A stretch of DNA of 64,000 bases, from the NCBI RefSeq assembly GCF_006345805.1, contig NC_042997.1, forward strand, positions 7,812,001 through 7,876,000, read 5' to 3'. Made by a program: the position numbers and the translations under genes. The notes below the pieces were generated by a model. It was not told the DNA's origin and did no database searches. It saw nothing but the letters and a program-made list of their open reading frames with translations. Positions within the stretch are counted from its first letter, which is position 1, and each line of letters starts with the position of its first letter. Of the stretch, positions 51,590-64,000 are shown piece after piece. Source of the DNA: Octopus sinensis (Eukaryota).

Positions 51590-52063
51590 TTATGAATACA
51601 CTTAGACCGACGATGTGCGCAGTTATCCTATACCTGGCTATCTTATATAATGCAGTTTCATTTAGTAGTATTCTCCCAATGAGAGATGTATTACTATGTT
51701 ACTGTTCACCTTCTTTATCAACAACTAGTATTGCTTGACTAGGAAACTATTTTACATAAAGGTGTCCCAAGCAACGAGTCATCAATACAGACCAGATATA
51801 TGGGTGCCCTCTGGCTTTAGAGCTTTACCAGAACATCAAGCCAATTTCTTTCTAGCTAATGCAATTCAACACAGCATTTGCCAAGTATACGAACATACAA
51901 TAAGGTTCCCAAGGCGCATAAATTTCAAATCATTAATTTTTCTTCCTCGGTTTTACAGTATCTATTATAGTACATCCGCACAGAAGCTCAATCAGACAGT
52001 CAATTAGTAACAGTTAAAGATAATTCTACCTCTCCACTCAGCAGATCCTGCCTCTCAAAGAAA

Positions 52064-52940
52064 CACGGTGTTCGGTCTAAACTTGACAGGGGAAAACAAT
52101 ATCCCAACTAAAAATAAAAGTCCTTTTAAAACACTAAAAGATGACTATATTACAGCTGGGGGATTATCAGTTTACTTAAAGAGCTCAACTTCCCCCACGG
52201 TTTCAAGACGCTACGAAGCCGGGTTCATATATTCTTCACTGTGTCTCAGACAAAATCTTTGAACAGCTGCTTAAATCTTGGACACCAACTTGTCTTTGGT
52301 GTTTCAGGCTGAGTGACTTGAGTCTTTCTCGACCGTTCCCCTCCACACACACACACACAGTAATCCATGGGATTATAATTAGGGGAAGTAGGAAGCCAGA
52401 AACTGGGGTTGATGAAGTCGTAGAAATTCTGCGACAACAACTTCTGGCTATTTACGATGATATCGAAAAGTGCTGAAACCTGTTGCCACGCATGTCTTTC
52501 CAGCAGCAACTATCTCCACCCAGGATTTGGCTGGATTCTCCAGTAGCTCCGCATAACAGTCTCAAACGACCTTAAGACCCCATTCAAAGATGTGTGGCGG
52601 CATGATGCCACCCTCACAGGAGACACATCCAAAGGTAAGTAACTTCCTGCTGGCTACAGCTTCGTAGTCTTCGTTGTAAGTGTCCATGTCACATCTAACA
52701 GCCTATACAGTGTTTACAGAGCAATGTAAAGTAGTCATGATGTCAGCATTTTGATACCCGTCGCATATCATCAATATACCTTTTCCAGTATTCACATGTT
52801 TCCAGCACTCCATGTCAGCTAATTTTTCTCATATACAACTTTAATCATTATGTTCTCCAACGTCGTTGACTGTCCATGAAACTGTTTCTGAAAAGGGGAG
52901 AAAAAAATCATCATATTTAGGCCGAAAACTCGGTAGTTGT
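52064..52940 (-). mobile_element. maT-like (DD37D) transposon, internally deleted
   Basis: GCVSCEGGIMPPHIF, WQQVSA, SQKLLSQNFYDF, FWLPTSPNYNPMDY. Imperfect TIRs CACGGTGTTCGGTCTAAA (52064-52081) and TTTAGGCCGAAAACTCG (52916-52932). Confidence 0.8.
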
Positions 52941-53547
52941 ATATCTAAAGTTCGTAACAGCCCTTTCGACACATGACTCAGGAGAAATCCTTTCATGGAT
53001 CATTACCATTAATATATCACCTTGTTGAATTGGAGACATACATAATATTACTTGTTACTGAGCCAAATGGATTAAAACGCAGTAATAAATTAACTGATCA
53101 GGTTTTGATAATGCAATTCCATAATAAGCGAAGAGTAAAATTCAAGATTTTTTTCCCAAAGTAAGAGAAGACAACCAATTAGAGGGAGATATCACCTAAC
53201 TAAACCGGAGGTCAGAAGATATTGTCCAATTATCGTCATCTGATAAGATTTCTCAAGGCTATTCTTCGAATCCCCAAATAGCATTGACCTCTCATTTTAC
53301 GAATATTGCGTAATAATGTCCGTTGATGATCACGATATTGACACACTATTTACAACATAAAATCCGGAACCTTCGATCTGTATTCATATTTCTATGAAAC
53401 TGCGACTTAATGATTATATATCTTTCTAATTAATCACAAGTATACTCTACAAGTGTGAAATCCTAGTAACATTAATGTGAATCACAACAGCAGTTAAATT
53501 TTAACTTTGTACAGAGTACTGTGAGTAGACACAGACGCATGTACACT

Positions 53548-53577
53548 TTTTCTTCTTCTTCTTCTTCTCTTCTTCTT

Positions 53578-53608
<31 letters not shown>

Positions 53609-53637
53609 TCCTCATCCTTCTCCTCCTCCTCCTTCTT

Positions 53638-53668
<31 letters not shown>

Positions 53669-53690
53669 ATATTCTTCTTCTCTTCTCCTA
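53548..53690. repeat. (CTT)n/(CCT)n microsatellite
   Basis: Direct reading. Confidence 0.97.
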
Positions 53691-53709
53691 CAAAGTGACC
53701 CTGGGATAG

Positions 53710-54360
53710 AAATGTACGAAGCCCACTGTACCCACACCCACGTTTTCTGCTGCAACAATACTTGCTGCCTTGATCAAAATATTTGTTTCTATGATGTTGT
53801 TTGTTCTGATGTATTTCAGAATTTCATTAACATTTTTCGTTTCTTGGTTCAATTTCCATCGATCAACCTTTTAAATTTGCAAATAATGTCGCTATGGGAT
53901 TACTTTTATTAATAAGAGCTGTGTTTTCCTTGTTATCTCTGCTGCTATTTTACATGATCCGTCTTTTGATCGCTTCGAGCTCTACTTCTGTGAACCAACA
54001 ATTTTTCCTTATTGCTCTAGCTTGATAACATAGTCTCTGTTCCGTGAGTTGAAACAATCACTTTTCTCTCCATACGTGGTCGGTAACTCCTAATTTGAAC
54101 CCCATTTTCATCTAACAGGCTGCTCAGTTAGTAACACTCCATGACAACAGCATTAATTTGCTTGCTGCAGCTACGCCGTGTATACCGCTGTCTTCATCGT
54201 TGACTTCAGTTTCATTCCCACCGTTATTCACAATATTTTGTTTTTCCATTGTCACTCATATGAGGTAGCGATTATCAGGTTGCGCAATTATCAGTGTTTT
54301 TATTGTGACACCATACTGGATGCTAGATGTATCTTTAATAATCAACCCATGAAGCTCCAC
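53710..54360 (-). mobile_element. R4/Dong-like retrotransposon 5' fragment
   Basis: N-terminal motifs [58 protein letters not shown]. Begins directly after (AAT)n at 54362-54380. Confidence 0.8.
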
Positions 54361-54379
54361 CTGTTATTATTATTATTAT

Positions 54380-54415
<36 letters not shown>

Positions 54416-54434
54416 CAGCAGCAGTAGTAGTAAT

Positions 54435-54630
54435 GTGGTGAGCTGGCTGAATCGTTACGTCGCCCGGCAAAATGCTCAGAGATACGTCGTCTGCCGCTAC
54501 GTTCTGAGTTCAAATTCCATCGAGGTCGACTTTGCCTTTCATCCTTTGATAGTCGATAAATTAAGTAGCACTGAAACACTAGGGTCAATGAAAACGACTA
54601 TCCACTACCCCAAAGTTCAGGCTTTATAAC
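54435..54630 (+). mobile_element. SINE family C between (TAG)n tracts
   Basis: GGTGAGCTGGCTGAATCG head, GAGTTCAAATTCC, CTTTCATCCTT box. (TAG)n on both sides. Confidence 0.85.
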
Positions 54631-54631
54631 T

Positions 54632-54688
<57 letters not shown>

Positions 54689-54691
54689 CTG

Positions 54692-54723
<32 letters not shown>

Positions 54724-54855
54724 GCTTACCAATCACATGGTTCCGGGTTCTGGCCCACTTCGTGGAACCTTCGGTGAGTGTCTTCTACTCTATTCTCGGG
54801 CCGACCAAAACCTTGTGAGTGGATTTGGTAGACGGAAACTAAAAGAAGCCCGTCA
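54724..54855 (+). mobile_element. SINE family A 5' fragment
   Basis: CTTACCAATCACATGGTTCCGGGTTC..GGATTTGGTAGACGGAAACT..GAAGCCCGTC. Confidence 0.85.
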
Positions 54856-55731
54856 ACAACAACAATACCCATGGAAACAACACGTTTATTATAAAAACTT
54901 CAAGATCGTGCGGGGGGAATATTTATTAAATGCAACCAAATATATACTTTATTTTGTATTGCATTTCTCGAAAACAACTGATTCTTCTGGTAATGTTATA
55001 CTTCATATTTCTTACACTGGTTGTTTTACTTCTAAGATAGAACACAGCTGAACACTATAAATATTTGATATATGTATCACTCTTCGACATTAAGTGTTGT
55101 TATCTATTATTTTTTTTATTACACTTCACAAAGTAAACAATCTTACGTACGTAAGGAAATCAAAGCCATAATTTAGAGTAACATTATTCTATGATACGTT
55201 ACTTCGGTAAGCTTCAACAAACTCAAATGCAATCAAATTTTCGTAACAGAATAAAGGTCGCAAAGCTAGGCTTGGAACTGTAGTCCAATAAAACGAAATA
55301 TTGAAGCTTCCACACTTAGTCGTGGAATCTAAAACTCAAAGAAAAGCATGTGGATAATACAGGCGCTGACATGAGTCTATGGCTAAGAAGCGTACCTAAA
55401 AACCACGTGCATATGTTATGTGAATGTACATACATACTTATATATCCGAAATCGTATATAAGAGTGAAGGAGAGAGAGAGAGAGAGAGAAAGAAAGAAAG
55501 AAAGAAAGAGAAAGAAAGACCAAACAACGTTTGATTTACCGTTTACGTTTGGAATTATTCGACTGAAGAAGGAAGTAAGTTAGGTTATCTTAAATAATTA
55601 CGTGAAACACGTATATTAAATGCATTAAAAATATTAACATTTCTCTTCCTCCACCTCTCTCTGACCGTTTACACACAGATATCCGTATGGATATATATAT
55701 GTATATATATATATAATATATATATATATAT

Positions 55732-55780
<49 letters not shown>

Positions 55781-56831
55781 CTTACATATATATATATATA
55801 TATACATATATACACATATATATACATATATATGTAGAAAAGTAGCCGTATTGGTTATTCATACTCATTGGGAGAATCAATAAATCTGGCACCAGAAAGT
55901 GAGCAGCACGTATAGGGCAATACAATAAAACCTTTAAAAAAATTGCATTTAAAATTTTCACCAGCACAATGAGATAAGGAATCTCACATTTTCGAAAGAA
56001 CAATAAAACTTGGTATTGGAAAATTAGCCGCATATATACTCTTGTACAATAGAACATGGTACAAGGCAATGAGTCTAACATTTCCAAATTTACAATAAAA
56101 CTTGACGAGGTGAAAAGAAGTTAATAGAAAATTAACTAAAACATGATTTGAAACTTCACATCAAGAAGAGCCACAAAACCTACTACTACTCATAATTCTA
56201 GTGGAGTAACAACAAAAGTAACAATAGATCTATCGAATTTTATTAATATTGTAAAATTGTTAATAGCTTTACGATAAGAAACTATTCGGTCGCCTTTTTT
56301 CATGCCCTCTGATATAAATAATGACGTGCAATGAAAGAAACGATACAACGAAACGCTTTTAAAATTATATTGCCAATATAAAAGATTATTCTGAATATCA
56401 ATAGAAACTTTTGAAATTAGAAGAATCGCAGCTATTATATTCAAATGTTTATTTATTTTCATTTCGATGTTGGCTGAAAAGCTTTTTTTTTTCTTTAAGG
56501 AAATCATTATACTTGTTTGTTAAGATGTCACATTGAAAGATAATATGTTACGTATTCGTTTACAATCTTTTCTAAAATACAGTGATTTTCTACTAAATTT
56601 TGAAGTGTAATAACACCATTGCAAAATTATATATTCGCAAACACACACACACCGGCACGCATGCGCGTACACACATACACACACGCATGTGTGTGTCTGT
56701 GTATGTCTTTGTCTGTGTAAGTTTCTACGTATATATATATATCTTCGTGAAAGTGCGAAAAAATACCCAACTAAAACCTTATTTTCGTTTGTCAGGTCAT
56801 TATCTGTTTTTTACTGGAAAATCGCAGTGTT

Positions 56832-57656
56832 TTCAACTGTTGCCTCGAGCCGGCCAAAATCTTGTGAGTGGACTTGGTAGACGGAAACTCAAAGAAGTGT
56901 TCCGTTTATCTATATGCAGATATTTGAGTGTGGAGGCGCAATGACCCAGTGGTTAGAGGAGCGGACTCGCAGTTGTAGAATCGTGGTTTCGATTTCCAGA
57001 CCGGGCGTTGTGTGTGTTTATTGACCGAAACCACCTAAAAAGCTTCACAAGGCTCCTACAGGGGGTGGTGGCGGATCTTGCCGTACTTTTTCACCTCAAC
57101 TTTCTCTCACTCTTCCTTCCTGTTTCTCTTGTACCTCTTTTTCAAAAGGCCAGCCTACGTTAAGGGTACACGAGTATGTGGAGTGCTCAGCCACTTACAC
57201 GTTAATTTCACCCGCAGGCTGTTCCGTTGATCGACGGAGTCCCACGATATATTTGTGCGTTTGTTGTTGTATTTGCCCCTCCACCATCGCTTGACAACCG
57301 ATCTGGTTGTGTCTACGTTCCTGTAATTTAGCGGCGCTGCAAAAAAGACCGATAGAATATGTACCAGTCTTACGAAGAACAAGTCCAACAGTCGATTTCT
57401 TCGACTAAAGGGATTTGCTCCAGCCTGGCCACATTCAAAATGACTATAACAAGTAAAAGAATTAAACAATAAAAATTATATATATGTATATGAAGGCGCA
57501 ATATTGGCTGTACGTTAAGGCGCTTGCTTCCCAGTCACACGTTTCCATGTTCAGACTAACTGCGTGAAACCTTAGGCAAGTGTCTTCTATTATAGCTTCA
57601 GGTCGACCAAAGCGTTCAGAGTGGATTTGTTACGCAGAAACTGAAAAAAGCTTGTC

Positions 57657-57660
<4 letters not shown>
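56832..57660 (+). mobile_element. Cluster of four same-strand SINE pieces (A-body, B, A-3' half, A-head)
   Basis: 56832-56900 A-body, 56931-57242 family B with an internal deletion relative to 40231, 57255-57462 A 3' half, 57493-57660 A-like head. Confidence 0.82.
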
Positions 57661-57729
<69 letters not shown>

Positions 57730-57732
<3 letters not shown>

Positions 57733-58070
57733 CGTGCGATGCGTAAATGGTTGCCATTTCATATTCTCCATTTCGCGAATGGCCATTTTTTTTCTTTGTT
57801 TTTTTTCGACGACACAGTATAGTAGGATCATGGTGCTGCTTCTCTCACAAACGTTGGGCAACGTTTGTGAGAGAAGCAGCACCATGATGCAGTTCACTCT
57901 GCCACAAATTTGTAAACGACATGCTCTACTGCTTGGCATTCGTGCCTGATGCTACAATACGATAGTAAACAGATAGTAAACAAACAGAACGACAGTTGGC
58001 TTACCATGACCCCAAAACATGTACCAAGAGTCATAAAAACCAAACATGCAGTCATTTCTGCCAAAATATC
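57730..58070 (+). mobile_element. maT/Tc1-mariner-like transposon 5' fragment containing a 62-bp palindrome
   Basis: TA|CAGCGTGCG terminus, N-terminal MQFTLPQICKRHALLLGIRA, and QNDSWLTMTPKHVPRVIKTKH (maT-like segment after the first catalytic D). Confidence 0.6.
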
Positions 58071-58074
58071 ACCC

Positions 58075-59130
58075 TTACATTATGGCTACTTAACTCACCA
58101 GACCACAGCCCTCTTGATTATTAGATGTGGGGCGCAGTTGAGCGAGGGACTAACAAAACTTCTAACACCAGATATGAACTGAAAGCAACGATTATGCCAA
58201 CATATACCAACTGAAACAATAGGCCGACCAGAAGAGTTGCAGTAGACTCCAAAGTCAGTAGTGGTGTCCCTGAGGGTACTCTCTTGGGCCCACTTCTCTT
58301 TATAGTCTATATAAACGACCTTTCCAGCGTCATAAAACACAGCAAAGTGAAAATATTCGCTGACGACTTCAAGCTCCAGAAAATTATGAATGACGAAGAA
58401 CAGATTCAACTCCAGTCTGATCTACATGCAGTTAGTCAATTGGCCGACAAAAGCAAAATGCAACTCAACAAGGGAAAATTTGAGCTGATGCCTTTTGGAA
58501 GAAAGACTATGCTAAACCAGCCATACTTTCTTCTTTCAAAGGAATCACACTTAGCATCTAATAATATCAGAGACCTAAGAGTAAATGCTGACAACAATCT
58601 CAGATGAAGTGCCCACATCAACAATAAGGTCGATATAGTTCGTAAGTTGAGCTCCTGATTCCTAAGAAACTTCCGACCCAGAGAACAAGGAATCATCTTT
58701 ACTCTTTTCTCCTGCTTTGTACGACTACACCTCGAATACTGCTACTCTCTGTGGCCTCTCCATACAAAACAAGACATTTCAAAAATTGTATCACCCCAGA
58801 GGACATTCACTGAAAGGATTAAGGGCAATACTGATTTTGATTATTGGGACCGCCTTAAAGCACTGAGACTCTATTCTCTCCAGTACCGCCGTAAACGATA
58901 CAACATTTGCCCAAACGCCCTCAACATTAGCTTCAAAGTCAAGGCTAGTACCACGGCTATAGTCCCCTACACTATTCAGGATCGCAACACATAAATATAC
59001 TGCAACACAATGTTTTTTCCTCAACAAGCCCTGCCGTATTTAATATTGTCCCGAAACAGATCAAAGAAGAAAAGGACGCCATCGCCTTTAAGCGCAATCT
59101 GGTCAAATTTCTTCAAGGAATACAAGAAAG
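58075..59130 (+). mobile_element. CR1/L2-like LINE reverse transcriptase 3' half, decayed
   Basis: SGVPEGTLLGPLLFIVYINDL, KIFADDFKL, LQSDL, MQLNKGKF, IRDLRV, LEYCYSLW, QRTFTERIKG, PKQIKEEKD..FKRNL. Confidence 0.9.
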
Positions 59131-59279
59131 GCCACCTCGATAAAATTCCCTGGTTTTGGTCACCCCATTATCGCCCCATTTTTCTTCAATGGCCTCTGGA
59201 TCTTTCCACCGGCTCCAGTGGGGCGGTACCACCCACTTTGTGTACCACTGTTTTAGAGCAATGGGATCTAGGAACTGCA

Positions 59280-59398
59280 ACACCGATGAAAGAAGTGTGC
59301 GGCCTGCAAGAGGGACTATGTTGGAAAATAAACCATATTTGGTCATATTCTATGTGTGTATCTTGGTCAGTCTATGAAGTATTTAGTCGACTCTCGTA
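59280..59398 (+). mobile_element. Mariner 3' terminus fragment
   Basis: KKCAACKRDYVGK*-like C-terminal peptide, then a TIR-like end GTCTATGAAGTATTTAGTCGACTCTCG|TA. Confidence 0.6.
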
Positions 59399-60521
59399 TA
59401 TTGCTGAAATGTACGGAAAAAATTCAAGAAGATTTTTATTTGTGTGTGTGCGACTTTTGGAGTAAAGTACTGCTGCTGTATTTTTGGATATGTCTTACAG
59501 ATTGCAACTTCAGCAAAACTCGAAACACTTGATATGTCCGACGAAAGAAGACCTGCATTTTTTTTTTTTTATGAGAGTGCTAAGTTTCAAAGAGATTAAA
59601 GCGGTTGTCATTATCAATTATCTTCGCTATATTTCAGATGTGAAAAATCAGTGAAATAATCGCAGAATTTACATGGATTACAGATTATCTTTTATGTTAT
59701 AGTTATGTGCGATTCGGTACTTGTTGGATTGTAACACGTCTCTATTGTTTTATTTAAATGCTTTATAATTCGCTGGGTTTATGTATAAAATAAAGTGTTA
59801 TATGTGGAATACGAAGAAAAAACATGTTTTGAAGAACTGGGTGTGGTGTTGTGCTTGAAAAGATGAGACCGAGATAAAAGTGATTTGGTTGGTGTTTGTT
59901 GTATGGAGCAATAGTATAAATCTATGATCTAGAATACAAGAAAGTGATTTTTGGATATTATCTGGGCAACACTGATTCAGAATCTTCAGATTTTTGTTGA
60001 GCATCTGGAGACGTGATTCTATAAAGCAGATATGCAAATTGGTCAATGTCCATGAGGATATATAATGACTGATAATATTCAACTTAAAGACGTATCCGCT
60101 TTTACCTGTGACTTATTTACGAATATATGTCCAGGGGATTTTAATACACTATGCAGCATATGAAATGCGTGTAAAGCCAAGTACGTGAGCTAAAAGTCAA
60201 ACCCTTCGAAGGAATACCATTATATCATAACTACCTTCATTGTTAGAGATATCTATCGAACTATTGTAGATTTCCTCACAATGTCTAACAGATAATGTAC
60301 GTAATTTTGTAGCATCTTCAGTACGACGCATACATTGAGACACCTAAATTGTTAAATGGAACAACTATTATCGCTGTAGCTGCAGCATCGCTGTTTGTCA
60401 TTTCCATTTAATGGCCCTACAAAACTGATCGATATTCATAAGGGAAGTAAATCTACGTTCACACAAAAACAAAAAGTGAATAAATGAATTACTATAAATA
60501 TACAAAGATTCTGTGTGTATG

Positions 60522-60586
<65 letters not shown>

Positions 60587-61272
60587 CCATTTTCGAATAT
60601 ATACATCCATTTGCTTGGCTTTGATCAAAAGAATGCCATTGATAAAAATTGTGAACGGAAATTGTATAACGTTACCAAACACAATTTGTAAAGATTCGCT
60701 ACAAGAACAACGGAACAATCGTCAAATGAATTCAGAAAGTTAGGAAAAAGGACATAATTTGACATACGAATGTCAATAGTGCGAACAGTTACGTATCTAA
60801 GTCACTATAAGTCTATTATTCAGTAATACTTCGATAGAATAGGTAGACTCACTCAATTCTTTTGTTAGATATTTATCAAATTCATACTTCACTGGCATTA
60901 ATCACACGATGAAATTATGTATGTTTGAGTGTGCACATTTTGGGTTTGTTTGTCTATTATGCGTGTGATTGTGATTCTATGGATATGTGCTAAAATGATA
61001 ATGTGTGTATATAGGTATTTATGTATGTATATGTGAATGTATTTATATTGCCTTCAAGAAAGAAATTATGATTTCCCAAGGCTGAAATTGGAGAATGTTG
61101 GCGAAAAGTAATGTGGGAAATTTTCCTACCCATAAATAGCACTAACCGCAATAAAAGAGAAATTTGTATGCAACACACTCGTATATGCATAAACACTTCT
61201 AAACAACAACGCACATATATTCATGAATGGATTATCAATAAATCATATTACATATTATATATGTATATATAC

Positions 61273-61365
<93 letters not shown>

Positions 61366-63198
61366 GTGCGAGAGTTGGTATTTTGTTTTTGTTATACATA
61401 TATATGTATATGGATATGTATATGTATACACACATATACATATATAAATATAAATATATATATACGTAATTACTGAGAAAGAGACCGAATTAGTAAGATT
61501 ATTCGGACATATACATACACACATACATACATTCATATATACATACATTCCTATATCTATATTTATAAATCCCTACACCCACATATTCAAACACATATAC
61601 ACACACACTCACATAAACACACATACGCACGCATATATGATACAACAGATTATATGTTTTAAATTCGTCATGGGAGAGGCATCATTGTTGCATAAATATA
61701 ATTTTATTCTGCTCACTTTGCAAAGCGAAATCATCCCTATGTCAGTCATATTTGAATTAGTTTATCTAAATGCGCATAATATCGACTATCTAGATTATAT
61801 TTGTTTCAAATAATGCTGTCTATAAGTGCTTCCAATGCATGACAACAGGAGAACTATTATAAGAATAGAATAACTGTGTGGTAAATGATAATATTGATAA
61901 TAACTCATTTCAAACATACCTTCATAGAAATACGGCTGAAATCCCGTCTTATATATTTTCATCCTGAGAGTGTGCTAACTCAGCTTAACTGAAGCCATCA
62001 GTGTCTGCCTCTCTCTGTCACTCCCCTCTATTTGTATCTCTCTGTTTCATAATCTTTCTTTCTCTACGTCCCTCTACCCTCTATTTGTTCATAATCGCTA
62101 GCTTCATTCAACTCTGAATTGCAAACTAAGACGTTATAATCTGTTGCGGTCATTTGTATCTCTGTGATCGTCCTATTAAAAGCACTCGCTAATTATTAAT
62201 AATTGGGTCGAGAATTATGAATATTAATTATATAGATCTAGTTTTCAACACAATGTGAAGATTCAGATGGCAAGTATTTCACTCAACGACATAAGTGTTC
62301 GTTGGGCGAAGTATAAGTTTTTGTGGTGTTAATGACAAAATATGTCGAATGTTGCCCGAATGAACTGATATCCGGATACTGACAGCAATCAAAAATATCA
62401 TAGTTGAAATTTGTTTATTCAGCATGTCTTTATATGTTCATTTGATATGTATAGAATGTATAGCGCTGGGAAAGTAGACTATACTTTTATATCGCGCTTA
62501 TACATTACTGTAATGACACTATGAGTGATGTGTATAATTACTTTTCACAAAACACATGTGAATATTCAAAATTTCTATGAATCGCATGTTTGATGGATTC
62601 TGTTGTATCATTGAATTATAATATATCAATAACATAAGGCTGTTTATTGTAAGTGCATATTTTAGAAGACATTTAATTTCAGAACAGTAAGATATATTTT
62701 TGAAAATACGTACTACAAGAATTTTAATCTGAAAAGCTCATCTGCCATCGGATGCAGTTGACAAATTGTGGTTTTTAAGTTATTGTTGTGACAATGTATA
62801 CCACATAACTTCTCTGGGTATGATTACTACTTGACAGTATACAAACGATATACTAGTTTTAGGCCTATCTGAGATGTAAATGATATCAAGTGGTTATTCA
62901 CATAATACAATATGTAGAATTCACTTTCCCAGAACTAGTACTCCTCTTCTGAATAACATTATTATCCTATAATACTTAAATATTGGAATACTTCGCATAC
63001 TTAGGCGTAATTGTAACTCTAGTTTCAATAAATAGTAATTGTAAGGTCGTTATATAGAAAATGTTTAAAATGGTGTATAAACTTTTTGCAAAGAATCGTA
63101 ATATGAACTAAATGATTTAATGTAAGAATTTGATATATCATTTTAAATTGGATGCTAACAACAACCTCGAAAGATAAGTAATAAAAATATATTTCAAG

Positions 63199-63280
63199 AT
63201 GCTGTTTCCGAAGAGAGAACATTGATATTATTGCTGGTATTCTTAATGATGTTCATAGAAGATGAAGTTAAGTATTGCAG
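63199..63280 (+). CDS. Possible 82-nt exon encoding a hydrophobic segment
   Basis: Acceptor ATATTTCAAG|, donor CAG|GTATGA. Only the phase-1 frame is open: xAVSEERTLILLLVFLMMFIEDEVKYC. Confidence 0.25.
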
Positions 63281-64000
63281 GTATGAGAAACAAATTTAAT
63301 AATAAAGAGACTTTGCTTTGCAATGGATTGGAAGTGCATATATACATATATAACGCATCGCCTCGTTTATGATTGCTTTGTATTCCATATCACTTAGGTG
63401 ATGTTTGATTTAATGAGACTTCACCTACATATTTTACAAACAGAATGAGAAACAAAAGGAAAATACGTAACAAATGCTCCTGATTAAGAAATTGGTGAAA
63501 GAGAAATAATTACAGTTAAAGGAAATCTTTCGCACAGTTTGGATGATAGTATCATCATAAAGTTGGGCGTGATGTTGTTAAAGCAAACATAGTAAACGTT
63601 AATTATTTGAGACGATGCAAGAAAGCATAGATTGGCTGTTTCAAAGAACATGGGCCAAATATATTCCACGGTAATAAAAAAAAAACATCCATTATATAAG
63701 TATACGAATTGCAAGTATTTAGCGTAGAACTGAAATTATTTAAAATACTCATATTTCACAAACATATTCACATGGCCAAACACGCGCTGTGCAAACACAC
63801 TCACACATACACTCTCTACCTTCCTCTCTTTCTTCTTCACACACACACACGCACGCACGCACACACACACACACACGCACACACACACAACGGACACCGA
63901 TTGTAATACAAAATTTGTTTACGATTGTGAATATCTGCTCGCAGAGTAAGATTATATGAATTTGTAAAAATATTCTATATTATAACATATGTATGTGCGT

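Noticed and set aside
59800-60100. Possible L1/Tx1 C-terminal remnant
   Set aside because: Peptide resemblance too weak to call.

Overview
AT-rich eukaryotic DNA dominated by repeats. The SINE families and dense (TA)n/(TAA)n/(TAG)n microsatellites resemble what I recall of coleoid cephalopod, probably Octopus, genomes (inference, not database-checked). No complete host gene is visible, and almost every supplied ORF is a microsatellite, antisense or decayed-transposon artefact. Supported content: (i) two head-to-tail stacks (1-5.3 kb on +, 33.5-37.8 kb on -) and one isolated 5' piece of R4/Dong-like non-LTR retrotransposons (RT plus REL endonuclease), mostly joined at (TAA)n; (ii) decayed mariner (DD34D), Tc1 (DD34E), maT-like, hAT and CR1-like elements; (iii) three Helitron pieces, one apparently a complete non-autonomous copy; (iv) three tRNA-derived SINE families, three copies with visible target-site duplications; (v) two adjacent long fold-back palindromes and a 62-bp near-perfect palindrome; (vi) a plausible two-exon start of a secreted or membrane protein gene (18233-18245 + 21470-21556) that splices in frame into a signal-peptide-like sequence. 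I cannot demonstrate a new biological system. The best leads are the (TAA)n-targeted stacks with a ~555-bp non-coding passenger, the candidate gene with a speculative amber-containing exon, and the dsRNA-forming palindromes.
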